Origin: a virus
Lineage: Duplodnaviria; Caudoviricetes
IMG/VR virus record: IMGVR_UViG_3300020045_004362
Location: 1-31,479 of that record
Length of the DNA: 31,479 bases
Strand: one strand, 5' to 3'
The notes below the pieces were generated by a model. The model saw only the letters and a list, made by a program, of their open reading frames with translations. It was not told the origin of the DNA and did no database searches. The translations under genes were made by a program, and so were the position numbers. Below are positions 17,217 to 26,372 of the stretch, one piece after another (position 1 is the first letter of the stretch; each line of letters starts with the position of its first letter).

Positions 17217-17441
17217 TCAGGGTGCCAGCGAACTTGCCGCTTGTCCGGTTCCCCTGCACGCGGCATCCGATAAGTATAAATCACAGGCACGGTTGTATTC
17301 CTCTCCGTTAACATAGCACACTGTGCCGTCGCGCTTGATCTTATCGTACATGGCGGTTCGGTATCCGACAATCCGCAAATACGTCTCACCGTCAAATGTG
17401 AATGTCTCATCGACATAATCGTTAAGTATGGGGTGTTTCAT
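17217..17441 (-). CDS. Hypothetical protein
   Basis: GGAGA SD; tight packing. Confidence 0.5.
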   Translation of the reverse strand: MKHPILNDYVDETFTFDGETYLRIVGYRTAMYDKIKRDGTVCYVNGEEYNRACDLYLSDAACRGTGQAASSLAP

Positions 17442-17616
17442 TGCGTTACTTTCTCCCATATCCGTTGCAGCATCTCACGACCGCCGCGTGCGAACACCCT
17501 GTCATAGCGCCAGATGATATAATAGCCGCCACCGTTCGACGGTGTAAGCGTCCACGGTCCATGCGTGCGGGACGGTATCAGCGCGCCGGGGTTCGGGTTC
17601 CAGCGGTGGAACAGCG

Positions 17617-17868
17617 TCACGGGTGGTCGCCCCCATCCGCAACATCCCAACGCCTGCCACAACTGCACGCATATTCGTCATGCTCCTGACGGACGGCATG
17701 GCGAAACAGCGGGCCGTTATCCGCAAGCGGCAAGTCCCGCTGCGCACTCGGCATACCGCGCCGTTCGTTGAGCGCTTCGGTGATCAACTGTGCGGCACCG
17801 TCGTCAATACAATCGGCAAAGTGCTTACCGTTGCGCAGGACTTGCTTGGCGTTCGCGGTGTATATCAT
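17617..17868 (-). CDS. Hypothetical protein (CxCGxxW motif)
   Basis: GGAG SD; tight packing. Confidence 0.55.
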   Translation of the reverse strand: MIYTANAKQVLRNGKHFADCIDDGAAQLITEALNERRGMPSAQRDLPLADNGPLFRHAVRQEHDEYACSCGRRWDVADGGDHP

Positions 17869-18022
17869 TTCAGCGCTCCCACCACCACACCAGATGTCAG
17901 GTATGCGAACGCCACCGTCACCAATCCGAGAACCGGAATCTGTTGAAACCCCGTCGCCTCGACAACAGTTGTCACCGAAAACGACAGAGCGACGGCAATG
18001 ACGAACAATAAAATGTATCGGA

Positions 18023-18259
18023 TCATATGGCAGTTTCCCCGTTAGGTGCAGCGTCCTTCATACCTGATACGATCTGCGCTAGTGCGTCGAGTGTATCGGG
18101 CTGTCCATCGTCTATCGCTCCGACAATCTTGCGGGCGATAGCGTCATTGTCCGCACCGTGAGCAACGAGCCACCCGCGAAGTTCGTCCTTCCACGCATCA
18201 TACTCGTTGTCGAAGATGTTGCCAGTATCGGCGGTGAACTTTATCGTCTGTTTTACCAT
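18023..18259 (-). CDS. Hypothetical protein
   Basis: Starts 1 nt after the upstream stop. Confidence 0.55.
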   Translation of the reverse strand: MVKQTIKFTADTGNIFDNEYDAWKDELRGWLVAHGADNDAIARKIVGAIDDGQPDTLDALAQIVSGMKDAAPNGETAI

Positions 18260-18260
18260 G

Positions 18261-18566
18261 TCACATGAACTCCGGTTCGGTCGGTATCGGATTGCGAGGA
18301 ACGCGACTGAGCCTCGTTGAACCGTCATATTCCGACACGAAAAATATCCAAGAATCTGTGTAAGCGTAAAACGGGTAGCAATCCGCACCACCGTAACCAC
18401 TGTCGAAATCTTCATCGAGAATTGACAACGCTACATCGCGCGCGAGCGGGACATTCAGCATGTCGGTGTTGCGTTCATCGTCATAATGTTCACCGATGAT
18501 GATTTCATTGATCGTTTCATCGACTTCAATTTCGGCGCTGCACAACCATTGCTTTAGATTTGCCAT
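18261..18566 (-). CDS. Hypothetical acidic phage protein
   Basis: FDSGYGG...FYAYT...EYDGST...VPRNP; GGAG SD. Confidence 0.65.
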   Translation of the reverse strand: MANLKQWLCSAEIEVDETINEIIIGEHYDDERNTDMLNVPLARDVALSILDEDFDSGYGGADCYPFYAYTDSWIFFVSEYDGSTRLSRVPRNPIPTEPEFM

Positions 18567-18571
18567 GTCCG

Positions 18572-18844
18572 CTACTCCGGTTCGTTGACGGGCGTGAAAC
18601 GAGTGGTGAGTTCCTCAGCGGTTTCCCACATGCGCGCGCCGTCGCACCGAGTTCCGTGGTGTTGCGCGTCGATTGACGAAATCTGAAACTCCGCGTCCGG
18701 GTCAGCACCGCGCATCGCAATAACCATCAGGGACGCCACACCGTGGCAGGCGTTGAAATCTTCTGCGCCGATCCAAGCCGGGTTGCTGATGCGGACTTCA
18801 CCGTTTTTGTAGCGGAAGAATTCTACCTTAAACTGCTGTACCAT
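18572..18844 (-). CDS. Hypothetical protein
   Basis: GAGGAG SD; first gene after a leftward promoter. Confidence 0.6.
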   Translation of the reverse strand: MVQQFKVEFFRYKNGEVRISNPAWIGAEDFNACHGVASLMVIAMRGADPDAEFQISSIDAQHHGTRCDGARMWETAEELTTRFTPVNEPE

Positions 18845-18870
18845 GTTACGTCTCCTCTATCTCTCCCGCC

Positions 18871-18898
18871 ACCTTACAACGTCAAACTAGGCCGTCAA
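18871..18898 (-). promoter_or_regulatory. Putative sigma70-type leftward promoter
   Basis: TTGACG-N16-TAAGGT. Confidence 0.5.
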
Positions 18899-19055
18899 GA
18901 TAAATTCCCCACGCGCCATAAAATTCCAACGTTCGCGTGGTATTGTTGCGCTCTATCGTCATTGTAACAGTGCGACCATTTTGCACAACTCCCGTGATCC
19001 GCCACTGTGTTTCGGATGCTGGGGGTGCGGGCTTGCGCCACGGCCATATCGTCAT
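18882..19055 (-). CDS. Hypothetical protein
   Basis: AGGAG SD before ATG 19055. Confidence 0.5.
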   Translation of the reverse strand: MTIWPWRKPAPPASETQWRITGVVQNGRTVTMTIERNNTTRTLEFYGAWGIYLDGLV

Positions 19056-19134
19056 CGTGCAATCTCCTGAAAACGACATGACCGTATCGCACGAGACAAG
19101 TACGGGCAAGGCGAAAAATACCGATCTTTACCGC

Positions 19135-19164
19135 TTGACCATCCCGCAACGCGACGGCTATCAG
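19135..19164 (+). promoter_or_regulatory. Putative rightward promoter of the primase operon
   Basis: TTGACC-N18-TATCAG. Confidence 0.4.
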
Positions 19165-19190
19165 ATTTTCTCAACAGGGGTGGGAACTAC

Positions 19191-19367
19191 ATGAAACCGT
19201 TACTCAACGGCAAGCAAACCGCTGAACGTCTTTGCATCACCGATAAGACACTGCGCACATGGCTGCGCCAAGGCACCTGCCCCGTCGCACCGATCCCCGG
19301 AATGAAGCCCGCCAAGTGGCGCGCGGCGGACGTGGACGCATGGATTGCCGGGGGCGCTGCACAGTGA
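19191..19367 (+). CDS. Excisionase/AlpA-like HTH DNA-binding protein (58 aa)
   Basis: MKPLLNGKQTAERLCITDKTLRTWLRQGTCP...KWRAADVDAWI; translated by hand; GTGA overlap with the primase. Confidence 0.75.
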   Translation: MKPLLNGKQTAERLCITDKTLRTWLRQGTCPVAPIPGMKPAKWRAADVDAWIAGGAAQ

Positions 19368-21667
19368 CACAAGACTTTACAAGTGCCGCAGCGTTCGTCG
19401 GTGCGCTCGGTGGCGACATCATGGAGTGGCGCTGCATCCATGATCAGAACCTCGCAATCCCGGCAATCCCGATCCGTGGCACCCTGCAAGAATGCTGGCC
19501 GTCCCTCGTCTCGTACAACGCGCAAGGCTACGGCATATTCGCCACACCTGCCGCGATGGACGGCGTGGGGCGCAAGCTGGAAAACGTCTCGTATCTGCGG
19601 GCGCATTACGTCGATCTGGACGAAGCGGACGCCACGCAGCAATACGAGCGCGCCAGTGCATCGTATCCGGCACCGGGCTTCGCGGTCCAGTCGTCCCCCG
19701 GTAAATTTCACGTCTATTGGCCCGTCGCACCGTACACCGGCAACGACCGCTTCGAGTTAACACAGCGCAAACTGCGCCAGATGTTCAACGGCGACAAGAC
19801 GATCATCGACCCTACCCGCGTCATGCGTGTGCCGGGGTTCTACCACTGCAAGGGTGAGCCGCACCTCGTCAAATGTTGGGCGCTGGCAGGCTACGGGCAA
19901 CCCCTCACGGTCGAGACGCTTGAAGCGGCTCTGGTGCATGTCAACGTCATTGACGGCGGCGTGGGGCAGCGTCACGAGTTGGGCGATCCAGACCTTGCTG
20001 CACCGTCCGTCGAGTGGCTCAAGCGCGCTATGGACCTCACCGACCCGAACAGTCTGGATCGTGGCGAGTGGATCGCGCATACCGCCGCGTTCAAGCAGGC
20101 CGGTTGGACGCTACTCGATCCCGATGCGCTTTTCTCGCTGTGGAACGAATGGTGCCTGCGTTACGAGCATAACGACGCGGGCGAAAACCATAAGCAGTGG
20201 CACAGCATCCGCAACAGCGAATTGGGTTGGAAGTCGCTGGTGAAGCGCGTCCCGTCGTTGCAGGCTATCGTGTCATTCGGCGCGCGTGAGGCGTCCGTGG
20301 CGGCACAGAGCGCGCCAGAGGGTGCGCCAGTACCCGACATGCCCGGCCCGCCTCCCATCGACTGCTCAGGCGAGTTCCTGACACACATGGAACAGCAGGA
20401 GTGGTTCAAAGACTGCACCTACGTTCTCAACATCGGGCTGGTGATGGGGCCGAAGGGCGTCTTTATGAACCAGTCGCAATTCAACGTCGAATATGGCGGC
20501 AAGCAGTTCATCATCAACAGCGCCGGTAAGACCAGCACCGAAGCGTGGGCAGCGGCAACGCGCTCGACGCTCTGGACGATCCCCAAGGTCCACCACATCC
20601 GCTTCCGTCCCGATCTACCGTATGGGGCGCGCGTGAAGGACGACCGCAGACGAGAAGGTGTCAACGTGTACGATCCCGCAGATGTGCCGCGCGTGGCAGG
20701 CGACGTATCGCCGTTCCTGAATCACATCGCAGCCTTGCTACCGGACGCCAACGACCAGAAAGTGCTGCTCGATTATCTGGCGCATAACTTCAAGTTCCCC
20801 GGTTATAAAATTCCGTGGGCACCCGTCATTCAATCCACGGAAGGCGCGGGGAAAGGCGTCCTCAAGAAAGTCATATCGCACTGCTTGGGCGCGTCATATG
20901 TGTATTTCCCGAACGCCAAAGAACTGACCAACAGCGGGTCACAATTCAACGGTTGGATGCGAAACAAACTGTTCATTCTTGCCGATGAAATCAAGGTGGA
21001 CGACCGACGCGACCTCATCGAAGTTCTCAAGCCAATGATTTCTGAGGACCGCATTGAAATCCAGTCCAAGGGCGTCGATCAGGTGCTTGAAGACAACTTC
21101 TCAAACTGGTGTTTTTTCACCAACTACAAGGACGCTGTTCCGATCAGCAAGAATGGGCGTCGTTTCGCCATATTCTTCTCACCATTGCAGCGTACCGAAG
21201 ATATGCTCGAACGCGGTATGAATCCTGCGTACTTCACGGCGCTGTACGATTGGCTCGCCAATGGCGGCAATGCGATCATCGCTGACTGGTTTATGAACTA
21301 CCCTATCGAGCGCGGCGGTATTCCGATGCGTGCGCCGGTCACGACAAGCTGGCAAGAGGCTGTCGTGGTGTCGCGCTCGCCTATCGAGCGTGTCGTGCAC
21401 GAGGCGCTTGAGGACGGTCTGGACGGCTTCAAGGGCGGGTGGATCAGCAGCCTCGCGGTGATCAAGCGGTGCCGGGAGACAGGCTCGCTACAGCGCGTCC
21501 CGTCGTTGCAGATCGTGGCGCAGTGCCTCGAAGGTATGGGCTACGTCAACTGCGGGCGCGCGAACAGGGCTTACATCGCAGAGGACGTGCAGGTGCGCCC
21601 GACGCTGTTTTATTTTGGGACGGTTGCCGATCCTGCGGGATATGGTCGCGCACAGGGGTATGAATGA
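19364..21667 (+). CDS. Primase-helicase (RepB-like primase, PriCT-2, DUF5906/D5-like NTPase)
   Basis: YVDLD, SSPGKFHVYW, DPTRVMRVPGFYH, RGEWI...W, EGAGKG Walker A, ILADE, RRFAIF. Confidence 0.88.
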   Translation: MTQDFTSAAAFVGALGGDIMEWRCIHDQNLAIPAIPIRGTLQECWPSLVSYNAQGYGIFATPAAMDGVGRKLENVSYLRAHYVDLDEADATQQYERASASYPAPGFAVQSSPGKFHVYWPVAPYTGNDRFELTQRKLRQMFNGDKTIIDPTRVMRVPGFYHCKGEPHLVKCWALAGYGQPLTVETLEAALVHVNVIDGGVGQRHELGDPDLAAPSVEWLKRAMDLTDPNSLDRGEWIAHTAAFKQAGWTLLDPDALFSLWNEWCLRYEHNDAGENHKQWHSIRNSELGWKSLVKRVPSLQAIVSFGAREASVAAQSAPEGAPVPDMPGPPPIDCSGEFLTHMEQQEWFKDCTYVLNIGLVMGPKGVFMNQSQFNVEYGGKQFIINSAGKTSTEAWAAATRSTLWTIPKVHHIRFRPDLPYGARVKDDRRREGVNVYDPADVPRVAGDVSPFLNHIAALLPDANDQKVLLDYLAHNFKFPGYKIPWAPVIQSTEGAGKGVLKKVISHCLGASYVYFPNAKELTNSGSQFNGWMRNKLFILADEIKVDDRRDLIEVLKPMISEDRIEIQSKGVDQVLEDNFSNWCFFTNYKDAVPISKNGRRFAIFFSPLQRTEDMLERGMNPAYFTALYDWLANGGNAIIADWFMNYPIERGGIPMRAPVTTSWQEAVVVSRSPIERVVHEALEDGLDGFKGGWISSLAVIKRCRETGSLQRVPSLQIVAQCLEGMGYVNCGRANRAYIAEDVQVRPTLFYFGTVADPAGYGRAQGYE

Positions 21668-21996
21668 TGCACACTTGCCCATCCTGCGGGTTTGACCTGC
21701 AATCCGAGAGTGAGATAACGCTGGGTCGCTGGCGCATCGTGCCGCGCGATGCCGCATACTATGACGGTGTGCCGGTCGTTACGCGCGCTACATGGTTGAA
21801 CATCATGCTCAGTCTGGCGCGGGAGAACGGCAGAGCGTTACGCGCTGAAACGCTGCTTAACCGTGTATCCGATAGCGACGATACCAACATCATCGCCGTC
21901 CATTTGAGCCGCATCAAAAAGTCGTTACGCGCGCTCGGTATCGAGACGCCGATCAAGGTACGCTACTGTACGGGGTATTACTGGCGTGTGGATTGA
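21664..21996 (+). CDS. Winged-helix (OmpR/PhoB effector-like) protein with N-terminal CxxC
   Basis: CPSCG; LLNRV...NIIAVHLSRIKKSL...GY. Confidence 0.7.
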   Translation: MMHTCPSCGFDLQSESEITLGRWRIVPRDAAYYDGVPVVTRATWLNIMLSLARENGRALRAETLLNRVSDSDDTNIIAVHLSRIKKSLRALGIETPIKVRYCTGYYWRVD

Positions 21997-22696
21997 CCCA
22001 ACAGGTTACGGCACGGTGCATCTCGGAGACGCCGTTGCGCTGCTCGCTTCTATGCCAGATGAATCGGTCGATCTGGTCGTTACCGATCCGCCGTATCGTG
22101 TCATCAGCGGTGGTAACAACAGCCCTGCATCAACGGCAAATTACGGTTGGAAATCCAGCGTCCTAGCGGCAAACGACGGGCGCATATTTTCCAGCAACGC
22201 GCTGCGATTTAACGACTATCTACCACACCTCTATCGTGTGCTGAAACCCGGATCGCACTGTTACGTCATGGTGAATAATCTAAACCTGCGCGAACTGCTC
22301 AATGTAGCGGACAGCGTAGGTTTCGGTTTCCACAATCTGTTGCGGTGGGACAAGAACACGGTCAACGCTAATCGTTGGTACATGAAAGACTGCGAATACA
22401 CCGGGTTCTTCTACAAGAAGCCCGCCAAGTCCATCAACTTCCCCGGCTCGAAACAGGGTTACGCCTGCAAGACCCTGCGCGGTACGGACAAGGTGCATCC
22501 GACGCAAAAGCCGTTGGACTTGATGCGCCACTATATCGAGAACAGCAGTCAACCGGGCGATCTGGTCCTAGACCCGTTCGCAGGATCGGGCGCAACAGCT
22601 CTTGCAGCGCGTGGCGCGGGCCGACGCTATGTGACGTGCGAGGTGGACATGCAGTGGTACGTGGCGACCGTTGCGGCGCTGTGCCAGCGGGTGTGA
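21986..22696 (+). CDS. Orphan DNA methyltransferase (N6-adenine/N4-cytosine, beta class)
   Basis: VTDPPY, HPTQKP, LDPFAGSG in beta-class order; no cognate restriction endonuclease nearby. Confidence 0.92.
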   Translation: MWIDPTGYGTVHLGDAVALLASMPDESVDLVVTDPPYRVISGGNNSPASTANYGWKSSVLAANDGRIFSSNALRFNDYLPHLYRVLKPGSHCYVMVNNLNLRELLNVADSVGFGFHNLLRWDKNTVNANRWYMKDCEYTGFFYKKPAKSINFPGSKQGYACKTLRGTDKVHPTQKPLDLMRHYIENSSQPGDLVLDPFAGSGATALAARGAGRRYVTCEVDMQWYVATVAALCQRV

Positions 22697-22892
22697 GACG
22701 CAGCGGCCCGACTCGTATCGTTTGAAGCGTTTGAAGCGTTTGTGGGTCAGTACCGGCACACCCTTGCGGGGATAATCTCCTAGGAGCGCCGCTGCGTCTC
22801 AGTCGGCAGACAATATGTCCTCATTGCGTCCCTGCGGTCTGCCAGCGCCGCAAGCCATCCGAGTGCCAGAAACTTACCACACTGTCAAACGC

Positions 22893-22930
22893 AAAACCCC
22901 GGCACGATCCCTACGATGCGTGCCGGGGTT
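22893..22930 (-). terminator. Rho-independent terminator for the leftward accessory operon
   Basis: AACCCCGGCACG / CGTGCCGGGGTT inverted repeat ending in a short T run on the minus strand. Confidence 0.65.
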
Positions 22931-22955
22931 CCATGAGAGTCGAGGAGACGACTTC

Positions 22956-23177
22956 TCAATAGTGCGTCATAACCTGCGCGGCTGTCAAGGACGGATCGTT
23001 CATCATCGCCATGAAGCGCTCACCACGCGGTGACATCTTCCAAGTCTGCCGACATACCGGGACGATCAGGCTTCGCCGCTGCAACGCCTGCACCACGTTA
23101 CCATGAAGCGTGCAACCCTCAGGGTTCCGTTCCAACTTATACAGTGCTTCACGCTGCGCAGTGGGAATGTCACGCAC
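22956..23177 (-). CDS. Hypothetical small winged-helix-like protein
   Basis: ALQRRSLI...WKMSPRGERF; overlaps the exonuclease stop. Confidence 0.5.
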   Translation of the reverse strand: MRDIPTAQREALYKLERNPEGCTLHGNVVQALQRRSLIVPVCRQTWKMSPRGERFMAMMNDPSLTAAQVMTHY

Positions 23178-23790
23178 GACGCGATGCACCTGAGTCGGCA
23201 TAAGCCATACAGATTGCACGAGCCTGCACGATAGCGTCGTCAAGCGCATGATGGTACACCTCTGCACCAGTGCTGCACGCCGTCAGGTGCGCGCTATGGT
23301 CCTCGATCCCCGCCATGTCAAAAGCTGTCCGGGTGTCGCGCGGGGCACGGTAGAACCACGGGACGGGTAGGCCGACCGCATGATACGCCGCTTCGAGGAT
23401 CGGTGCGTCAAATGCTGCACCGTGCGACCAGACGCGCAAGTCGCGGGGATTGTCGCACATGGTACGCAACCACTCTGAGAACATCTGCAAGCCGCCCAGC
23501 AGATCGACAGGGTTCTCGAATGCTCCCTGCGCTTCGGGTGACTGCTCTGACCACCATTGGACGGTGCTGGGATCGCGCCAGAGGGGGTATTTGTATGGCT
23601 CCCACTGACCGAGTGTGCCTTGTCGCGGGCGCTCTGGATTCTCGACAGCGACATAGAACGCGCCGGGTGATCCAGCGGGAGAGACGTGGCCGGTGTGCGG
23701 ATTGAAACACACCGCGCCGATGCTGCGGATGTCACATCCGGCGCGCTTACCCCATGTTTCGAGGTCGAGGGAGATGTGGGTAATGCTCAT
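23170..23790 (-). CDS. DEDDh 3'-5' exonuclease (Rv2179c/DUF5051-like)
   Basis: SLDLET, WSHGAAFD, RDTRT, HHALDDA. Confidence 0.85.
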   Translation of the reverse strand: MSITHISLDLETWGKRAGCDIRSIGAVCFNPHTGHVSPAGSPGAFYVAVENPERPRQGTLGQWEPYKYPLWRDPSTVQWWSEQSPEAQGAFENPVDLLGGLQMFSEWLRTMCDNPRDLRVWSHGAAFDAPILEAAYHAVGLPVPWFYRAPRDTRTAFDMAGIEDHSAHLTACSTGAEVYHHALDDAIVQARAICMAYADSGASRRA

Positions 23791-23949
23791 GGTGCTTCCT
23801 TCTTCACACCGACACAGCGGAATCGTGCTGATTGGTGATCGGCAAGATGTGCTTGCTGCCTGCCCACCATGATACAAGCGCCTTTCGACGGCATCTCAAC
23901 CGGAATGTTGCAGCTACCTGCATAACAAAAGACCAAAAACCACAGCATA

Positions 23950-24279
23950 TTACGTTTCCTTCTTCATGGCTCGGATGGCCGGGACCAGTCCGGCACCTGC
24001 GGGATATGTCGATGCGGTGTTCGCCGGGAACCATGCTTCGGCCACCCTCACAGCCGCCTCAATCGCCTCGTTCCAAGCCTTGTCGGCATCCGTCACGCCG
24101 TCCCAATCTTCCAGCGCAGCCAACGGCCAAACCTGCACGCTGCCCGGCTCATGCAGGCTTACAACCGAATAGCCTTCTAGCGTCTGGTCGGTGGAATAAT
24201 CGCCCACCACAACGCCGCGCCATGATGATCCGCGTTTCTTCTGGACGCAGTCGCCTAGCTTGTAGCGGGGTGCGCTCAT
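23950..24279 (-). CDS. DfrB/R67 dihydrofolate-reductase-like SH3-fold domain fused to a helical phage module
   Basis: YKLGDCVQKKRGSSWRGVVVGDYSTDQTLEGYSVVSLHEPGSVQVWPLAALE aligns without gaps to R67 [52 protein letters not shown] (recalled). Confidence 0.82.
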   Translation of the reverse strand: MSAPRYKLGDCVQKKRGSSWRGVVVGDYSTDQTLEGYSVVSLHEPGSVQVWPLAALEDWDGVTDADKAWNEAIEAAVRVAEAWFPANTASTYPAGAGLVPAIRAMKKET

Positions 24280-24539
24280 GGCTTGCCCTTCATGGCACGG
24301 ATGGCTTGGACGCATTGATCACCGAGTGTGACGTGTCTTGTCTGTGCACACGCCATGTAAGCCACCCTCGCAGCCACTTCAATCGCCTCATTCCATGCGG
24401 TTTCCCGCGCTGATGCTAGTTCGGCTTGCAGGGTGGTGATGGCGGTGGCTGCTTCGGAAGCTTGGTCAAGCCACCCTTGGTAACTTCCGGGCCTCCATGT
24501 TTTCAACCGATCCACCAACTCGCTGTAATCACTCTGCAT
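24276..24539 (-). CDS. Hypothetical accessory protein (AWNEAIE...AIRAMK module)
   Basis: ATGA overlap; shares a module with the DfrB-like gene. Confidence 0.6.
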   Translation of the reverse strand: MQSDYSELVDRLKTWRPGSYQGWLDQASEAATAITTLQAELASARETAWNEAIEVAARVAYMACAQTRHVTLGDQCVQAIRAMKGKP

Positions 24540-25050
24540 GGCTGGCTCCTAATCGGCAGGCTTCGCAGCAATCGTTGTAGTCGTAGCGGATATTGTGCCG
24601 CTCGCAGAGATAAGGTAGCACCCGCTCCACCACATCCCCGCTCGGCTCAAGTGCGTCGGCTGCGCGGGTGAGCGCTTCAAGGCACCGGACCAGCAATGGG
24701 TCGGGTTGGCCGTAATCCATAATATCGCCGCGCGTTTCACGTTGCCGTTCTATCTCGGCCCGCAACTCGGCAATCAGATTATCACTCATCGCTTGTGCTT
24801 GATTCCGCAAAGTCTGCAACTCAGCCTTGGTGGCTTCGTGGGACAAACATTCCTCAGAAAAGTTCTTTACCGCCATATCGGTATGTTCGAGGGCGCGGGC
24901 GAGATGATGTTCTGCCATTGACGGCGTAATATCGCGTTGTCGGCCAGCCAAAGCCCGCGCCTGTTCCATGTAATCAGTCATCGCTTGCGTCCTTTGCTTT
25001 GAGTGAGGCGGCTGCGCTGCTTCGATGCGGGCGGTTAGGTCACTGGTCAT
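24529..25050 (-). CDS. Hypothetical mosaic accessory protein
   Basis: Coiled-coil segments; start uncertain (25050 or 24981). Confidence 0.5.
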   Translation of the reverse strand: MTSDLTARIEAAQPPHSKQRTQAMTDYMEQARALAGRQRDITPSMAEHHLARALEHTDMAVKNFSEECLSHEATKAELQTLRNQAQAMSDNLIAELRAEIERQRETRGDIMDYGQPDPLLVRCLEALTRAADALEPSGDVVERVLPYLCERHNIRYDYNDCCEACRLGASHAE

Positions 25051-25273
25051 GGCTGAGGCTTTCGGGTTTGTAGGCGATGATGTCGGTGGCGGGCGACATG
25101 CAGCTTTCGTGATACCAGTCCAGCGCGTTCGTATCTCGAACTGAACGCGCACCCGGTTCTGTTACAGTCCCGTTCCGCCGCATGATTCCGGGCTTGTCCC
25201 GTAAGCGCCCGGACCATGGACCGGCCTTCCAAGGCTTCCACCCATCGGCGATCATTTCAGGCGTCAGTGACAT
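25040..25273 (-). CDS. Hypothetical protein (W.H...DIIAY motif)
   Basis: GGAGG SD; GWKPW...WYHE...DIIAYK. Confidence 0.55.
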   Translation of the reverse strand: MSLTPEMIADGWKPWKAGPWSGRLRDKPGIMRRNGTVTEPGARSVRDTNALDWYHESCMSPATDIIAYKPESLSHDQ

Positions 25274-25487
25274 TGCGGGCCTCCTGTGACCAACCGGCAA
25301 GCAACTCTTTGGCGCTTTTGTGGGTGATTCCGGGTGTTGCGACGGATGCCCAGTGAAGCCTATCAGCCGCCAAGCCCAACGCATCCTCCAACTGCGCAAT
25401 CCGCCCAACCATGCGTTACCGTTGGCGCGAAGTCTCGGATACGCGCCAACGCCTCAAGCATCGCACGCTCTCTGTCTGTCAGGTTGC

Positions 25488-25745
25488 TCATTGGGGTGTG
25501 TCCTGTGGGAGGTGTTCGCCGCGCTTGATCATGTAGGCAAGGAAGTTTGCCTCTCTCGCGATGGAATAATCACCGTAGCTAAATGCCGGTGAGCGCAGCC
25601 AAGCCACGATTGCCGCACGTTCCTGCGCCATAGCCTCCCGCACAGCGTCGAGGATGGCAGATCTGGCCGGTCCATCGTAGTATGATAGGTCATCGCCAGC
25701 AGCCCGCAGGATCGCTTCGGCGTGGTGTTCGGTCTGGTTGGTCAC
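25488..25745 (-). CDS. Hypothetical accessory protein (TNQTEHHAEA ... ERAAIVAWLR)
   Basis: GTGA overlap with the upstream gene. Confidence 0.55.
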   Translation of the reverse strand: MTNQTEHHAEAILRAAGDDLSYYDGPARSAILDAVREAMAQERAAIVAWLRSPAFSYGDYSIAREANFLAYMIKRGEHLPQDTPQ

Positions 25746-25912
25746 GGCCGCATCCCATGCTGTTCGAGGAACTCTGACCGTGCCCACTCCCGCGTCCACT
25801 CAGACGCGTTCGGACACCTTGCGATTTCCGCGAAGTCATAGTCACGGCACGGGTGGCGTGGGCTGACAGAACAGTGGCGGCAGTAATCAACGCCTGATCG
25901 TGCGCGGGTCAT
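25742..25912 (-). CDS. Small Cys-rich hypothetical protein (56 aa)
   Basis: GGAGGA SD; MTRARSGVDYCRHC...; translated by hand. Confidence 0.5.
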   Translation of the reverse strand: MTRARSGVDYCRHCSVSPRHPCRDYDFAEIARCPNASEWTREWARSEFLEQHGMRP

Positions 25913-25923
25913 CACTATCCTCC

Positions 25924-26100
25924 TTAGTCTGCAAAAGCACAGTCAACGGCCCACATCGCGCCGTTGCGGTATGCACGAACCCAGCGCTTAGCTTCGTCCT
26001 TGTTATCGTGCGCGTAGATGTGCTGATCCCTGAGATAGACGTTCCATCCGCCGTCGCTGCGTGGGGTTATGCGGTATCCCAGAAAAGTATCTGCCTGCAT
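25924..26100 (-). CDS. Small hypothetical protein (58 aa) divergent from the RHH gene
   Basis: GGAG SD; MQADTFLGYRITPRSDGGWNVY...; translated by hand. Confidence 0.55.
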   Translation of the reverse strand: MQADTFLGYRITPRSDGGWNVYLRDQHIYAHDNKDEAKRWVRAYRNGAMWAVDCAFAD

Positions 26101-26113
26101 GGTATTTACTCCG

Positions 26114-26205
26114 TAACCGATATCGCCTATCTATAACCGGTATCGGAAACAGTCAATAGGCGATATCGCAAATGAGCGGACTTGCAGAAAAAAAGATATC
26201 GGTTA
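26114..26205. promoter_or_regulatory. Operator array and divergent promoter
   Basis: 13-bp inverted repeat 26118-26130 / 26156-26168; TAACCG(A/G)TATC copies at 26114, 26134 and inverted at 26195-26205; minus-strand TTGACT-N17-TAGATA. Confidence 0.6.
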
Positions 26206-26372
26206 GTCAGGGGCGAATGGGACGCCCACCGCTCGGAATCGTCGCGACTGTGATCCGGTTGCCGCCTGAACTGCTCACGCGCATTGACGCGCTGGAGGGG
26301 CCGGGGAAGCGCGCTGATTTCATCCGCAAGGCTGTCGAAGCTGAACTGACGCGCCGCGAGACGAAGGACTGA
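26172..26372 (+). CDS. Ribbon-helix-helix (CopG/Arc/MetJ-like) regulator
   Basis: MGRPPLG.VATVIRLPPELLTRIDAL...RADFIRKAVEAEL; alternative start at 26217. Confidence 0.8.
   Translation: MSGLAEKKISVSQGRMGRPPLGIVATVIRLPPELLTRIDALEGPGKRADFIRKAVEAELTRRETKD

Noticed and set aside
19191-19367. Evidence for integration or prophage state from the Xis-like gene
   Set aside because: No integrase or att site in the window; such HTH genes commonly precede primases
21986-22696. Complete restriction-modification system
   Set aside because: No adjacent restriction endonuclease; orphan phage MTases are common
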